From: Acidobacteriota bacterium
GTDB lineage: Bacteria; Acidobacteriota; UBA6911; RPQK01; JAJDTT01
Direction: 5' to 3'
Length of the DNA: 64,000 bases
Assembly (NCBI GenBank): GCA_965209055.1
Contig: OZ242374.1
Span: 2,336,001-2,400,000 of the forward strand
Under the pieces are notes generated by a model. The model was not told the origin of the DNA. It searched no databases and worked only from the letters and a program-made list of their open reading frames with translations. Position 1 is the first letter of the stretch; the number at the start of each line of letters is the position of its first letter. The translations under genes were made by a program, and so were the position numbers. Shown in pieces: positions 1 through 8,318 of the stretch.

Positions 1-1
1 C

Positions 2-2005
2 GCGTTGGTGGAGGCCCGGGACGAGGTCTTCATCCTGGCTGCCGATCTGGTCCCCCGCGTTTCCAAGGAGTGCGATCTGGGCGACTACCGGATTCTGGGA
101 CGCCTGCGGGGCGCTGCCCTCGGCGGTCTCGAGTGCCGGCACCCATGGCTACCGCGCCGGTCCGCGGTCGTATTCGGGACTCACGTCACGCTGGACCAGG
201 GCACCGGCGTGGTCCATACGGCACCCGGACACGGAGAAGAGGACTACCGCCTGGGGGTCGACAACGGTCTCGAAGTGTATTGTCCGGTGGACGATTCGGG
301 CCGGTTCCTGCCGGAGGTGGATCACTTCGGTGGCATGCCCGTGTTCGAGGCCAACCCTTCCATCAACGCCCTTATGGCCCGGGAAGGCCATCTGGTCCGG
401 GAAGAGCCGTTCCGGCACAGCTATCCTCATTGCTGGCGCTGTCACAACCCGGTCATTTTTCGCGCCACGGCGCAGTGGTTCATCAGCATGGACCGGGAAG
501 ACCTTCGCGGCCGGGCCCTGCGCGAGATCGCCAGGGTGAAGTGGCTTCCGTCCTGGGGCCGGGAGCGGATCCACAACATGATCGCCACCCGGCCGGACTG
601 GTGTATCAGCCGGCAGAGAACCTGGGGTGTTCCGATCATCGCCTTCTACTGCAGGGCCTGCGCCAAGATCCTTTTGGAGAGCGGCATCATCGAGCATGTA
701 TCGCGCATCTTCGAGCGGGAGGGAGCCGACGCCTGGTACCGGAGGCCCGCGTCGGAGCTTCTCCCGAAGAACACCCGTTGCGCCTGTGGAAGCGAAGAAT
801 TCGAGAAAGAAAAAGACATATTGGATGTCTGGTTCGACTCGGGGGTCAGCCATCACGTGCTGCGGGAAACGCCGGGACTCGATTGGCCCGCGGATCTCTA
901 CCTGGAGGGTGGAGATCAGTTCCGGGGCTGGTTTCACAGTTCCTTGCTGGTCGGGGTCGGCGTCAGCGACGGAGCTCCCTACCGGTCGGTTCTGTGCCAT
1001 GGATGGACGCTGGATGCCGAGGGGAAAGCCATGTCCAAGTCCCGGGGCAACGTCATTTCTCCGCAGGACATCACCAAGCGGGACGGCGCCGAGATCTTGC
1101 GCCTCTGGGTTGCGTCCATCGACTACACCGAAGACGTCCGTCTGGGGGAAGAGATTCTTTCCCGACTCCGGGACGCCTACCGCAAGCTGCGAAATACGAG
1201 CCGCTTCCTCTTGGGCAACCTTCACGACTTCTCTCCGGAAATGGCAGTGCCGGACGAGGAACTGCTGGAGTTGGATCGTTGGGCTCTGGCCCATACCGCC
1301 GCCACGGCACGGCGGGTGGAGGAGGCCTACCGGAATTTCGAGTTTCACACCGTCTATCACTCCCTGTACCACTTCTGTGTGGTGGGGCTTTCCAGCTTTT
1401 ATCTCGACGTGCTGAAGGATCGCCTCTACGTCTCGGCGGCCGATTCCACGGAACGAAGGTCGGCCCAGACGGCCCTGTTCCGGATCGCGGACGCATTGGT
1501 CCGGCTGCTGGCTCCGATCCTGCCCTTTACCACCACCCAGATCTGGGAAGAGCTCCACGGCCGGAATCCTCCCGCCGAGTCGGTCCACATGGCCGAGTTC
1601 TCCCGGGAGCTGGACCGTCATGAGGACCCCGAGCTCCTGGAGCGGTGGGAGCCGCTCCTGCGGATCCGCCACCAGGTCAGCAAGTCACTGGAGGAATGCC
1701 GCCAGCAGAAGCTCATCGGGAATTCCTTGGAGGCGTCGGTCAGGATCGAGGCCGGCGCGGAGACTTGCCGGTACCTCAGCCGGTATGCGGACGATCTGGC
1801 CACCGTCTTCATCGTCTCCGAGGTCGAGATCGGACTGAGGGAGGACTTGGCGGGGGATGAGACGCGGATCGAGGTGACCCGAACCCAGGCGGAGAAATGC
1901 GCGCGGTGCTGGAACCATCGGCGCTCGGTGGGGACCGATGCCGATCTGCCGCACGTCTGCTCCCGTTGCCGCACGGTGCTGGAACGGATCGGCGCCCTCG
2001 ATTGA
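2..2005 (+). CDS. ileS: Isoleucine--tRNA ligase (5'-truncated by window edge)
   Basis: GTGVVHTAPGHG editing motif, DWCISRQRTWG, DVWFDSG, KMSKS-like KAMSKS, C-terminal CxxC...CxxC zinc finger; followed by lspA as in the usual ileS-lspA arrangement. Confidence 0.97.
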   Translation, partial: ALVEARDEVFILAADLVPRVSKECDLGDYRILGRLRGAALGGLECRHPWLPRRSAVVFGTHVTLDQGTGVVHTAPGHGEEDYRLGVDNGLEVYCPVDDSGRFLPEVDHFGGMPVFEANPSINALMAREGHLVREEPFRHSYPHCWRCHNPVIFRATAQWFISMDREDLRGRALREIARVKWLPSWGRERIHNMIATRPDWCISRQRTWGVPIIAFYCRACAKILLESGIIEHVSRIFEREGADAWYRRPASELLPKNTRCACGSEEFEKEKDILDVWFDSGVSHHVLRETPGLDWPADLYLEGGDQFRGWFHSSLLVGVGVSDGAPYRSVLCHGWTLDAEGKAMSKSRGNVISPQDITKRDGAEILRLWVASIDYTEDVRLGEEILSRLRDAYRKLRNTSRFLLGNLHDFSPEMAVPDEELLELDRWALAHTAATARRVEEAYRNFEFHTVYHSLYHFCVVGLSSFYLDVLKDRLYVSAADSTERRSAQTALFRIADALVRLLAPILPFTTTQIWEELHGRNPPAESVHMAEFSRELDRHEDPELLERWEPLLRIRHQVSKSLEECRQQKLIGNSLEASVRIEAGAETCRYLSRYADDLATVFIVSEVEIGLREDLAGDETRIEVTRTQAEKCARCWNHRRSVGTDADLPHVCSRCRTVLERIGALD

Positions 2006-2063
2006 AGCCGGGAGCGATGGGAGAGGATATCCTTCGGAGGCCTTTGGCGCGGTGGAGAAGACG

Positions 2064-3353
2064 ATGAAACTCGTGGCGCTGGGAGTGGCGGCGACGGTGC
2101 TGGCGCTGGATCTCCTCACCAAGTGGTGGGTCAAGAGCACGCCTTGGCTGCACTACCACAAGGTGGTCGATGGATTCTTCGCCATCCACTTCGTCCGCAA
2201 TGAGGGCATTGCCTTCGGCCTGTTCCATTCCAATCCGTCGGCGTGGAAACCGGTGATCCTTTCCGTCCTGGCCGTCGCGGCGGCGGTCATGGTGTTGTAT
2301 TACATCTGGACCAGCCCTCCCGAGGAAAGAGGCGTCCAACTGCTCATGGGGCTCCTGTTGGGAGGGATCCTGGGGAATTTCTGCGACCGGCTGTGGCGTG
2401 GGTATGTCGTCGATTTTCTGGATTTTCATTGGCAGGACCGTTTCGCCTGGCCGACCTTCAATCTGGCCGATGCCGCAATCACCTGCGGAGTCGCGGTGAT
2501 TCTCTACCAGGGCTTTTTCGGAGCGGGCAGCGGAGACCGGGCATCGAGCCGGCCCAGCCGGAAAAACTCCGGCTCTTTGGGCGCGTTTCTCCTGGCGGGA
2601 CTGCTCTCGGCGCCCCTGTTGGGAGAATCGGCCTCTCCCGGCGCGCTGGAAATCGTGGACCGGGTCCAGGCCCGGTACGATCGGGTCGAAAGCTTCTCCG
2701 CCGATTTTCGGCAGGTCTTCCAATCGCAGGGGGTCTTTTTCGAAAGCGACTGGGGCGAGGGGGTCCTGCTGATGAAGCGCCCTGGAAAAATGTACTGGGA
2801 GTACCGGCGCCCCACCAGGAAGCTGTTCGTGGCCGACGGCAAGCAGACCTTCTTCTACGTCCCCGGCGAGAACCAGGTGACGATCGCCGACCTGGACCCG
2901 GAGACTGCGGATACGCCGCTGCTTTTCCTGCTGGGACCCAAACGGATCCGGGACGATTTCATGGTGGAGTTCGAAACCGGGGAAGGACCGTTGGACGAAT
3001 CCAACCTGCTCCTGCGGTTGACGCCCGTTCAGGCCCGGCCTGAATTCAGCTATCTGCTCTTGGAGCTGTCCTCCCGGACCTGGCTCATCCAGAGATTGTC
3101 CGTAATCGAGCCCATCGGTAATCGCAACGACTACATCTTCAGCCGTTTCCGGGAGAACGTCACGATTCGGGACAAACAGTTCCGCCTGGAGTTGCCGGAT
3201 GGAGTGGAGATCATCCGAATCGGATCCGGCGCCGGCCGGAGGCCGGACGGGGAGCCCGGCCGGTTTCTTCATCGCAGCGGGATCGAGACCGCGCTGGAGT
3301 TCACAGTCCGTGACGACTTTTGCCGCGGTCGGTTAAGGAGAGTGCCCAGTTGA
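2064..3353 (+). CDS. lspA: Fusion: lipoprotein signal peptidase II (N-terminal ~155 aa) + internal signal-like helix + LolA-family outer-membrane lipoprotein carrier
   Basis: LspA motifs DLLTK, NEGIAFG, GGILGNFCDR, GYVVDFL, PTFNLAD; LolA motifs KRPGKMYWEY, FVADGK, FYVPGENQV, FRLELPDGVEII; one frame with no stop; ATG 2064 preceded by GGAG. Confidence 0.88.
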   Translation: MKLVALGVAATVLALDLLTKWWVKSTPWLHYHKVVDGFFAIHFVRNEGIAFGLFHSNPSAWKPVILSVLAVAAAVMVLYYIWTSPPEERGVQLLMGLLLGGILGNFCDRLWRGYVVDFLDFHWQDRFAWPTFNLADAAITCGVAVILYQGFFGAGSGDRASSRPSRKNSGSLGAFLLAGLLSAPLLGESASPGALEIVDRVQARYDRVESFSADFRQVFQSQGVFFESDWGEGVLLMKRPGKMYWEYRRPTRKLFVADGKQTFFYVPGENQVTIADLDPETADTPLLFLLGPKRIRDDFMVEFETGEGPLDESNLLLRLTPVQARPEFSYLLLELSSRTWLIQRLSVIEPIGNRNDYIFSRFRENVTIRDKQFRLELPDGVEIIRIGSGAGRRPDGEPGRFLHRSGIETALEFTVRDDFCRGRLRRVPS

Positions 3354-4354
3354 GCGAAATTCGGGCGAACATAACGGCCGTGGGGATGTACGTTCCGGAG
3401 AAGCGCGTCACCAACCACGACTTGAGCCGGGTACTGGAAACTTCCGACAAGTGGATTCGAGAGCGAACCGGGATCTCGGAGCGCCGAATCGTCGGCAAGG
3501 ACGAGGCGAACAGCGATCTCTCGGTTCGAGCCATCCGAGACGCTCTGGATGGCACGCCACATCGTCCTGAAGACATCGATCTCATCATCGTCACCACCGT
3601 CACGCCGGACATGATGTTTCCTTCGACCGCTTGCCGGATCCAGGAGAAGATCGGGGCCACCAACGCGTGGGGGTTCGATCTTTCCGGGGCCTGCTCCGGA
3701 TTCCTTTTCGGCCTCTCGACGGCTGCGCAGTTCATTCGGACGGGGACCCACAAGAAGGTCCTTGTGGTGGGAACCGATGTGATGAGCTCCATCATCGACT
3801 TCGAGGACCGGGCCACCTGCGTGCTCTTCGGAGACGGCGCCGGGGCGGTCCTCCTTGAGCCCACCGAAGAGGAGGATGTCGGCATCCTGGACGCGACCCT
3901 GGGATGCGACGGGTCAGGAGGCAAGTTCCTGTACATGCCGGCCGGAGGGAGCCAACGCCCGGCAAGCCATGAAACCGTGGACAAGCGGATGCACTATGTC
4001 CATCAGGACGGGAGGAACGTCTTCAAGTTCGCGGTTCGGGTCATGTGCGACACTTCCGTCGGATTGCTCCGGCGAAACGGCATTCCCACCGATCAGCTTT
4101 CCCTGTTCGTCCCCCATCAGGCCAACATGCGAATCATCAAGTCGTCCATGTCGCGCCTGAAACTGGGCGAGGAACAGGTTGCCGTCAACATCGACCGCTA
4201 CGCCAACACGACGGCGGCGACCATCCCCACCTGTCTGGCGGAAGCTCACCGGCAGGGACGACTGAAGAAACGGGACAAAGTCCTCATGGTCTCCTTCGGA
4301 GCGGGATTCACCTGGGGAGGCATTCTGCTCGGCTGGGGAATGGATCCGCCGTAA
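3350..4354 (+). CDS. fabH: 3-oxoacyl-ACP synthase III
   Basis: ACSGF catalytic Cys, VLFGDGAGA, PHQAN His, YANT Asn, FGAGFTWG; TTG start after TAAGGAG, overlapping the upstream TGA. Confidence 0.95.
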   Translation: MSEIRANITAVGMYVPEKRVTNHDLSRVLETSDKWIRERTGISERRIVGKDEANSDLSVRAIRDALDGTPHRPEDIDLIIVTTVTPDMMFPSTACRIQEKIGATNAWGFDLSGACSGFLFGLSTAAQFIRTGTHKKVLVVGTDVMSSIIDFEDRATCVLFGDGAGAVLLEPTEEEDVGILDATLGCDGSGGKFLYMPAGGSQRPASHETVDKRMHYVHQDGRNVFKFAVRVMCDTSVGLLRRNGIPTDQLSLFVPHQANMRIIKSSMSRLKLGEEQVAVNIDRYANTTAATIPTCLAEAHRQGRLKKRDKVLMVSFGAGFTWGGILLGWGMDPP

Positions 4355-4405
4355 CTCGGAATACTTGGCGGGAGTCTCGTCAAAGAGACACTCGGGCCGG
4401 CGGCG

Positions 4406-4930
4406 TCAGATGAAGAGTTCCTCTTCGGGCGACTTGGTTGTGGTCTTTTTCTCTCGCCGCCCCAACAGAAACGACAGTCCCGACTGGATCCCCTTGAAGA
4501 AGGAACCGATTTCCAGAATGGGTTTCAAGACGTCCTTCTGAATCACTTCGCTGGTCTGCTCGAACTTCTCGACCGTGTCGGTGACCAGTCCGTCCACTCT
4601 CTGGGCCTGTTCATGCCCCAGACGGATCACGTCCTTCACCAACACGTCCACCTCTTCGGTGGTTCTCCGGAAGGCGCCCATCACGAAGCGGACGTTGTCG
4701 TTGAACTCGTTGCCGAGTTGCCGCACCGGCTCCAGGCTCTCGGACACCTGGGTCAATTTGACGCTGACGGAATCGACGGCGGCTTGAAGGTTCCGGGTCT
4801 CCTTTTGCAGCTCCTCGGCCACCTTTCGAACCGTCTTGGCCGCCCGCCACACGGAGAGGGCCTGTAGGCTCATGGAGAGGGCGGTAATGCCGATGAACAG
4901 GATCAACAGGAGTTCAGCGCTCACGTGCAT
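4406..4930 (-). CDS. Membrane-anchored helical protein, DUF948/YtxG-like
   Basis: N-terminal TM helix followed by amphipathic coiled segment; adjacent to a YtxH-like gene. Confidence 0.6.
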   Translation of the reverse strand: MHVSAELLLILFIGITALSMSLQALSVWRAAKTVRKVAEELQKETRNLQAAVDSVSVKLTQVSESLEPVRQLGNEFNDNVRFVMGAFRRTTEEVDVLVKDVIRLGHEQAQRVDGLVTDTVEKFEQTSEVIQKDVLKPILEIGSFFKGIQSGLSFLLGRREKKTTTKSPEEELFI

Positions 4931-5008
4931 TCCCCGCGGTTGCGACTGGATTGCCGGAGGGCAGGCGCGCCCTCCCCGGAATCGGGAAGCTTGGCTTCTG
5001 TCCGGACC

Positions 5009-5344
5009 TTAGTCGGCGGACTCTTCCTGCGTCCGCGACTCGCCCCGATAGGTGCGTCGCGCGGCATCCAGGACGACTCCGAGTTGTTCCTTCTTCTTCC
5101 GGAGGCTCTCCCGTTCCCGGTTCAGGGTCTCACCGGCCCGGCCGGCAAGCTCTCGCCCCTTTTCCTCCAATGTGTCCCTGCCGTCCCGGAGCCTCCGGCC
5201 GACCCTGTCGGCACCCTCCCGGGCCTTGCCTTCCAACAGCTCCCGAGTCTGTTCACCCGATTGGGGAGCCAGCAGCAGCGCCGCACAGGCGCCCACAAAG
5301 CTGCCGATGAGAAAATAGACCAGCTTGTCTCCACTTGAGGCCAT
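5009..5344 (-). CDS. YtxH domain protein
   Basis: FLIGSFVGACAALLLAPQSGEQTRE signature; AAGGAG RBS. Confidence 0.85.
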   Translation of the reverse strand: MASSGDKLVYFLIGSFVGACAALLLAPQSGEQTRELLEGKAREGADRVGRRLRDGRDTLEEKGRELAGRAGETLNRERESLRKKKEQLGVVLDAARRTYRGESRTQEESAD

Positions 5345-5493
5345 AGCTGTTACTCCTTCCCGTCCCGGCCAGGATTCATCCGTTCAAGGTTATCATAGCC
5401 ATGACGGGGCGTGACGAACTCGGGCCGCGGCCCGGTTTGTGGAAGCGGACGGGTGTCGGGTAGAATACCCGGCTGTCAGGGAAGGAAGCTGCG

Positions 5494-5736
5494 GTGATCA
5501 ACGATTTACTGCCGAGACAGGTCGTGTGCAACGAAAAAAACGCCAAGGGCAAGGCCTGCCACGGCAAGTTGAAGCGATATTATCCGTTTGCCGGATACTA
5601 CAACGAGCCGGATGAAACGCTCCGCCAGGAAATCGAGAGCGAGTTCGGAAAGAAAAAAACCTTGGTGCTGATCAAGTGCGAGGATTGCGCCGTCGTATTC
5701 CGGCTGCCGGTGGAATTGAAGGTCAAGTTCGGCTGA
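5494..5736 (+). CDS. Small hypothetical protein with four Cys (possible zinc ribbon)
   Basis: 80 aa, C-x9-C and CxxC; AAGGA RBS and TAGAAT at 5461-5466 upstream. Confidence 0.6.
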   Translation: MINDLLPRQVVCNEKNAKGKACHGKLKRYYPFAGYYNEPDETLRQEIESEFGKKKTLVLIKCEDCAVVFRLPVELKVKFG

Positions 5737-5845
5737 ACCGAGTCGGGACCCCGCACCCAAATACTGCGTAGTACCGTTTCTGCCTCTATCAACCGGGACT
5801 GCTGGCCGGGTCTGCCGGCGGCCCCTGGCTTCATTCGCGCTCCAG

Positions 5846-6460
5846 ATGAAGATCTACACCGATTTCGACGGAACCATTACCGATCGCGACTCCATCGTCC
5901 TGCTGGTTCAGGAGTTCGGCGGCGGCGACGGCTATCGGCGAGACCTGCTGTCCGAATTCGAGAATGGCACCCTGTCGGCGGCCGAGGTGATTGCCGAGGA
6001 GGTCGCCTCGGTCAACGCCTCCTGGGATGAGGTCGCCGCCTGCCTCAAGGAGACGGTCCGAGTCGACCCTACGTTTCCCGGATTCGTGAACTGGTGCCGC
6101 GAGTCTTCGATTCCCCTCTGCGTCGTCAGCTCGGGGCTGGAGCAGATCATCGCCTTCATGATCGGAGACCTGGGGGTTCCGGTCGTGGCGCATACGGCCC
6201 GGATTGAGGGCCAGAGTTGGCGCTACCATCGGCGGCCGGAGTGCGAGAAGGAGTTGGTGGTGCGGGCGGCCAGCGAGGCCGATGAGGTCGCCTTCATAGG
6301 CGACGGCATATCGGACATCTGTGTTCTTCCCTATGTGGATCGCGTCTTCGCAAAACGCTACCTGGCGAAGTATTGCCGGAAGCGGGGCATCGACTTTTTC
6401 CCCTACGATACCTTCCGGGAGGTCCGGAACCGGTTGCAGGACGAGTTGCAGGCGGACTGA
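5846..6460 (+). CDS. HAD-IB family phosphatase, MtnX-like
   Basis: DFDGTIT motif I, VVSSG motif II, GDGISD motif IV. Confidence 0.85.
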   Translation: MKIYTDFDGTITDRDSIVLLVQEFGGGDGYRRDLLSEFENGTLSAAEVIAEEVASVNASWDEVAACLKETVRVDPTFPGFVNWCRESSIPLCVVSSGLEQIIAFMIGDLGVPVVAHTARIEGQSWRYHRRPECEKELVVRAASEADEVAFIGDGISDICVLPYVDRVFAKRYLAKYCRKRGIDFFPYDTFREVRNRLQDELQAD

Positions 6461-6462
6461 TT

Positions 6463-7491
6463 TCAGACCGGCCAATACGGGTTCAGGACGGGACGGATCT
6501 GATCCATATAGGGCCCTGAATTGGGACTGGATTCCAGTTCGGGACCCGCTTCCGGCGGATCCAGGCCGGCGGCCACCGTCGTCTCCACCGACGCCGCCAG
6601 GGCCTTCAGGTTGTAGCCCCCTTCCAGCACGTAGAGAATCTTGCCGCCGCAGATTTTCGCTGCCGCACGGTTCAGGTCCACCGCCATCCCGGCATAGCCC
6701 CGCTCATTCAACAGCATGCCGGCCAGGGGATCATCCCGGTGGGCGTCGAATCCCGCTGAGACCAGGATCAACCCGGGTTCGTAGCTGGCCAGGATGGGCA
6801 GCACCATGCCGGCCAGCAGGGAGGAATAGAAGCCGTTGGTCTGACCGGCGGGAATTGGGAAATTGACCGTCATCCCCTTGCCCTTTCCCACGCCCACTTC
6901 GGTGTAGTAGCCGGTTCCCGGGTAAAGCGGGTGCTGGTGCAGGGAGACGTACAGGACGTCGTCCCGGTGGTAGAAGGCGGCCTGGGTGCCATTGCCGTGG
7001 TGGACGTCGAAGTCGACGATGGCCACGCGCCGAACCAGGCCCTGGTCCAAGGCCCACTGGGCGCCCACGGCCACGTTGTTGAAGAGGCAGAAACCCATGG
7101 CCTTCCCCGGTTCGGCGTGGTGGCCGGGCGGCCTGATGGCCGCGAACCCGGAGTCGAGGTCTCCTCGAAAGAGAAGGTCGATCATTCGAATGACGCTCCC
7201 CGCTGCCAACAGCGCCACGTCGTGCGAGGCTCCGCCCGAATAGGTGTCCCAGTCCAGGGGATGGAGCGGCTGAAGCCGCGTTCCCCGGATGTGGGCCAAA
7301 TGATCTCGTGTGTGGACCCGAAGTATGGCTTCCTCGGCGGCCGGAGCGGGGGACACCTTCACCAGCCGTTTGAACGACGCCTGGGCGGACAGTCCCTCTG
7401 AGATGGCTCGCAACCGGTCCGGACGCTCGGGATGTTCAGGTGGGACCCGGTGTTCGAGGAAGACCGGATCCAGAACCAGGCCGTAACGCAT
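6463..7491 (-). CDS. Histone deacetylase family protein
   Basis: HPERPDRL, RPPGHH, GFCLFNN, DFDVHHGNGTQ, GFDAHRDDPL, LEGGY; ATG overlaps the queE stop. Confidence 0.93.
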   Translation of the reverse strand: MRYGLVLDPVFLEHRVPPEHPERPDRLRAISEGLSAQASFKRLVKVSPAPAAEEAILRVHTRDHLAHIRGTRLQPLHPLDWDTYSGGASHDVALLAAGSVIRMIDLLFRGDLDSGFAAIRPPGHHAEPGKAMGFCLFNNVAVGAQWALDQGLVRRVAIVDFDVHHGNGTQAAFYHRDDVLYVSLHQHPLYPGTGYYTEVGVGKGKGMTVNFPIPAGQTNGFYSSLLAGMVLPILASYEPGLILVSAGFDAHRDDPLAGMLLNERGYAGMAVDLNRAAAKICGGKILYVLEGGYNLKALAASVETTVAAGLDPPEAGPELESSPNSGPYMDQIRPVLNPYWPV

Positions 7492-8165
7492 CAGACCCCC
7501 TTTGCCTCGGCTCCCCAGAAGATCTTGTGCAGTTGCACCTGGATGCGGACGGGCAGTCCGTCCTCCAGGATCCAACCGGCCAGCCGGGCCGCGTCCATGC
7601 GGTTCCATTCCGGCGAAAACAGAACCAGGTGCCTCCTGGTCAGCTCCAGTTCCAGGGTCTTTTGCTTGGCCCACTCAAAGTCGCGCCGCGATGAAATCAC
7701 GAACTTGATTTCATCGTGCGGTCTCAGGTGATTCAGGTTCTCCCACCGATTTCTTCCCTCCATGAGGCTGTCCGGACACTTGATGTCGTAAATCAGGACC
7801 GCTCTGGGATCCACCGGACGGATGTCCAGGCTGCCCCCGGTCTCGATCAGGACCCGCTTGCCCGCGTCCAGCAAGCTGCTGATGAGAGTGTGCGCCAGAG
7901 GGTGAAGCAGAGGCTCTCCTCCCGTAATCTCCACCAGGTCGGTGGGATACCGGTCCAATCGGGTTGTGATCTCCGCCAGGGGCATGGGGACGCCCCCCTC
8001 GAAGGCGTACTCGGTATCGCAATAGCTGCACCTGAGGTTGCAACCGGTCAGCCGCACGAAGGCGCAGGGCTGTCCGCTGTAGCTGGACTCTCCCTGGATG
8101 CTGAAGAAGATCTCGGTGACGGGGAGAGTCTTGGACAATCGGTCCGGTGCGGCGGTGCTCGTCAT
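7491..8165 (-). CDS. queE: 7-carboxy-7-deazaguanine synthase (radical SAM)
   Basis: EIFFSIQGES, FVRLTGCNLRCSYCDT, ITGGEPLL, QVQLHK; start position uncertain. Confidence 0.88.
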   Translation of the reverse strand: MTSTAAPDRLSKTLPVTEIFFSIQGESSYSGQPCAFVRLTGCNLRCSYCDTEYAFEGGVPMPLAEITTRLDRYPTDLVEITGGEPLLHPLAHTLISSLLDAGKRVLIETGGSLDIRPVDPRAVLIYDIKCPDSLMEGRNRWENLNHLRPHDEIKFVISSRRDFEWAKQKTLELELTRRHLVLFSPEWNRMDAARLAGWILEDGLPVRIQVQLHKIFWGAEAKGV

Positions 8166-8280
8166 TGGTGGCGCCCGTAGTATACCTGGGAAGAAGAGGC
8201 GAGAGGAAAAGAGGATACGGGAAGAAGAGAACGGGAGAAGGCTCGGACGGGCTCGTGCAGTGACGGATTTCACCTCCGGC

Positions 8281-8289
8281 TGCTAGAAT
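8281..8289 (+). promoter_or_regulatory. Putative extended -10 promoter element (TGcTAGAAT)
   Basis: TGn-TAGAAT about 30 nt upstream of ATG 8319, which has an AAGGAG RBS. Confidence 0.4.
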
Positions 8290-8318
8290 CGAATGAAAGA
8301 GGTCAAGGAGACACCGAG

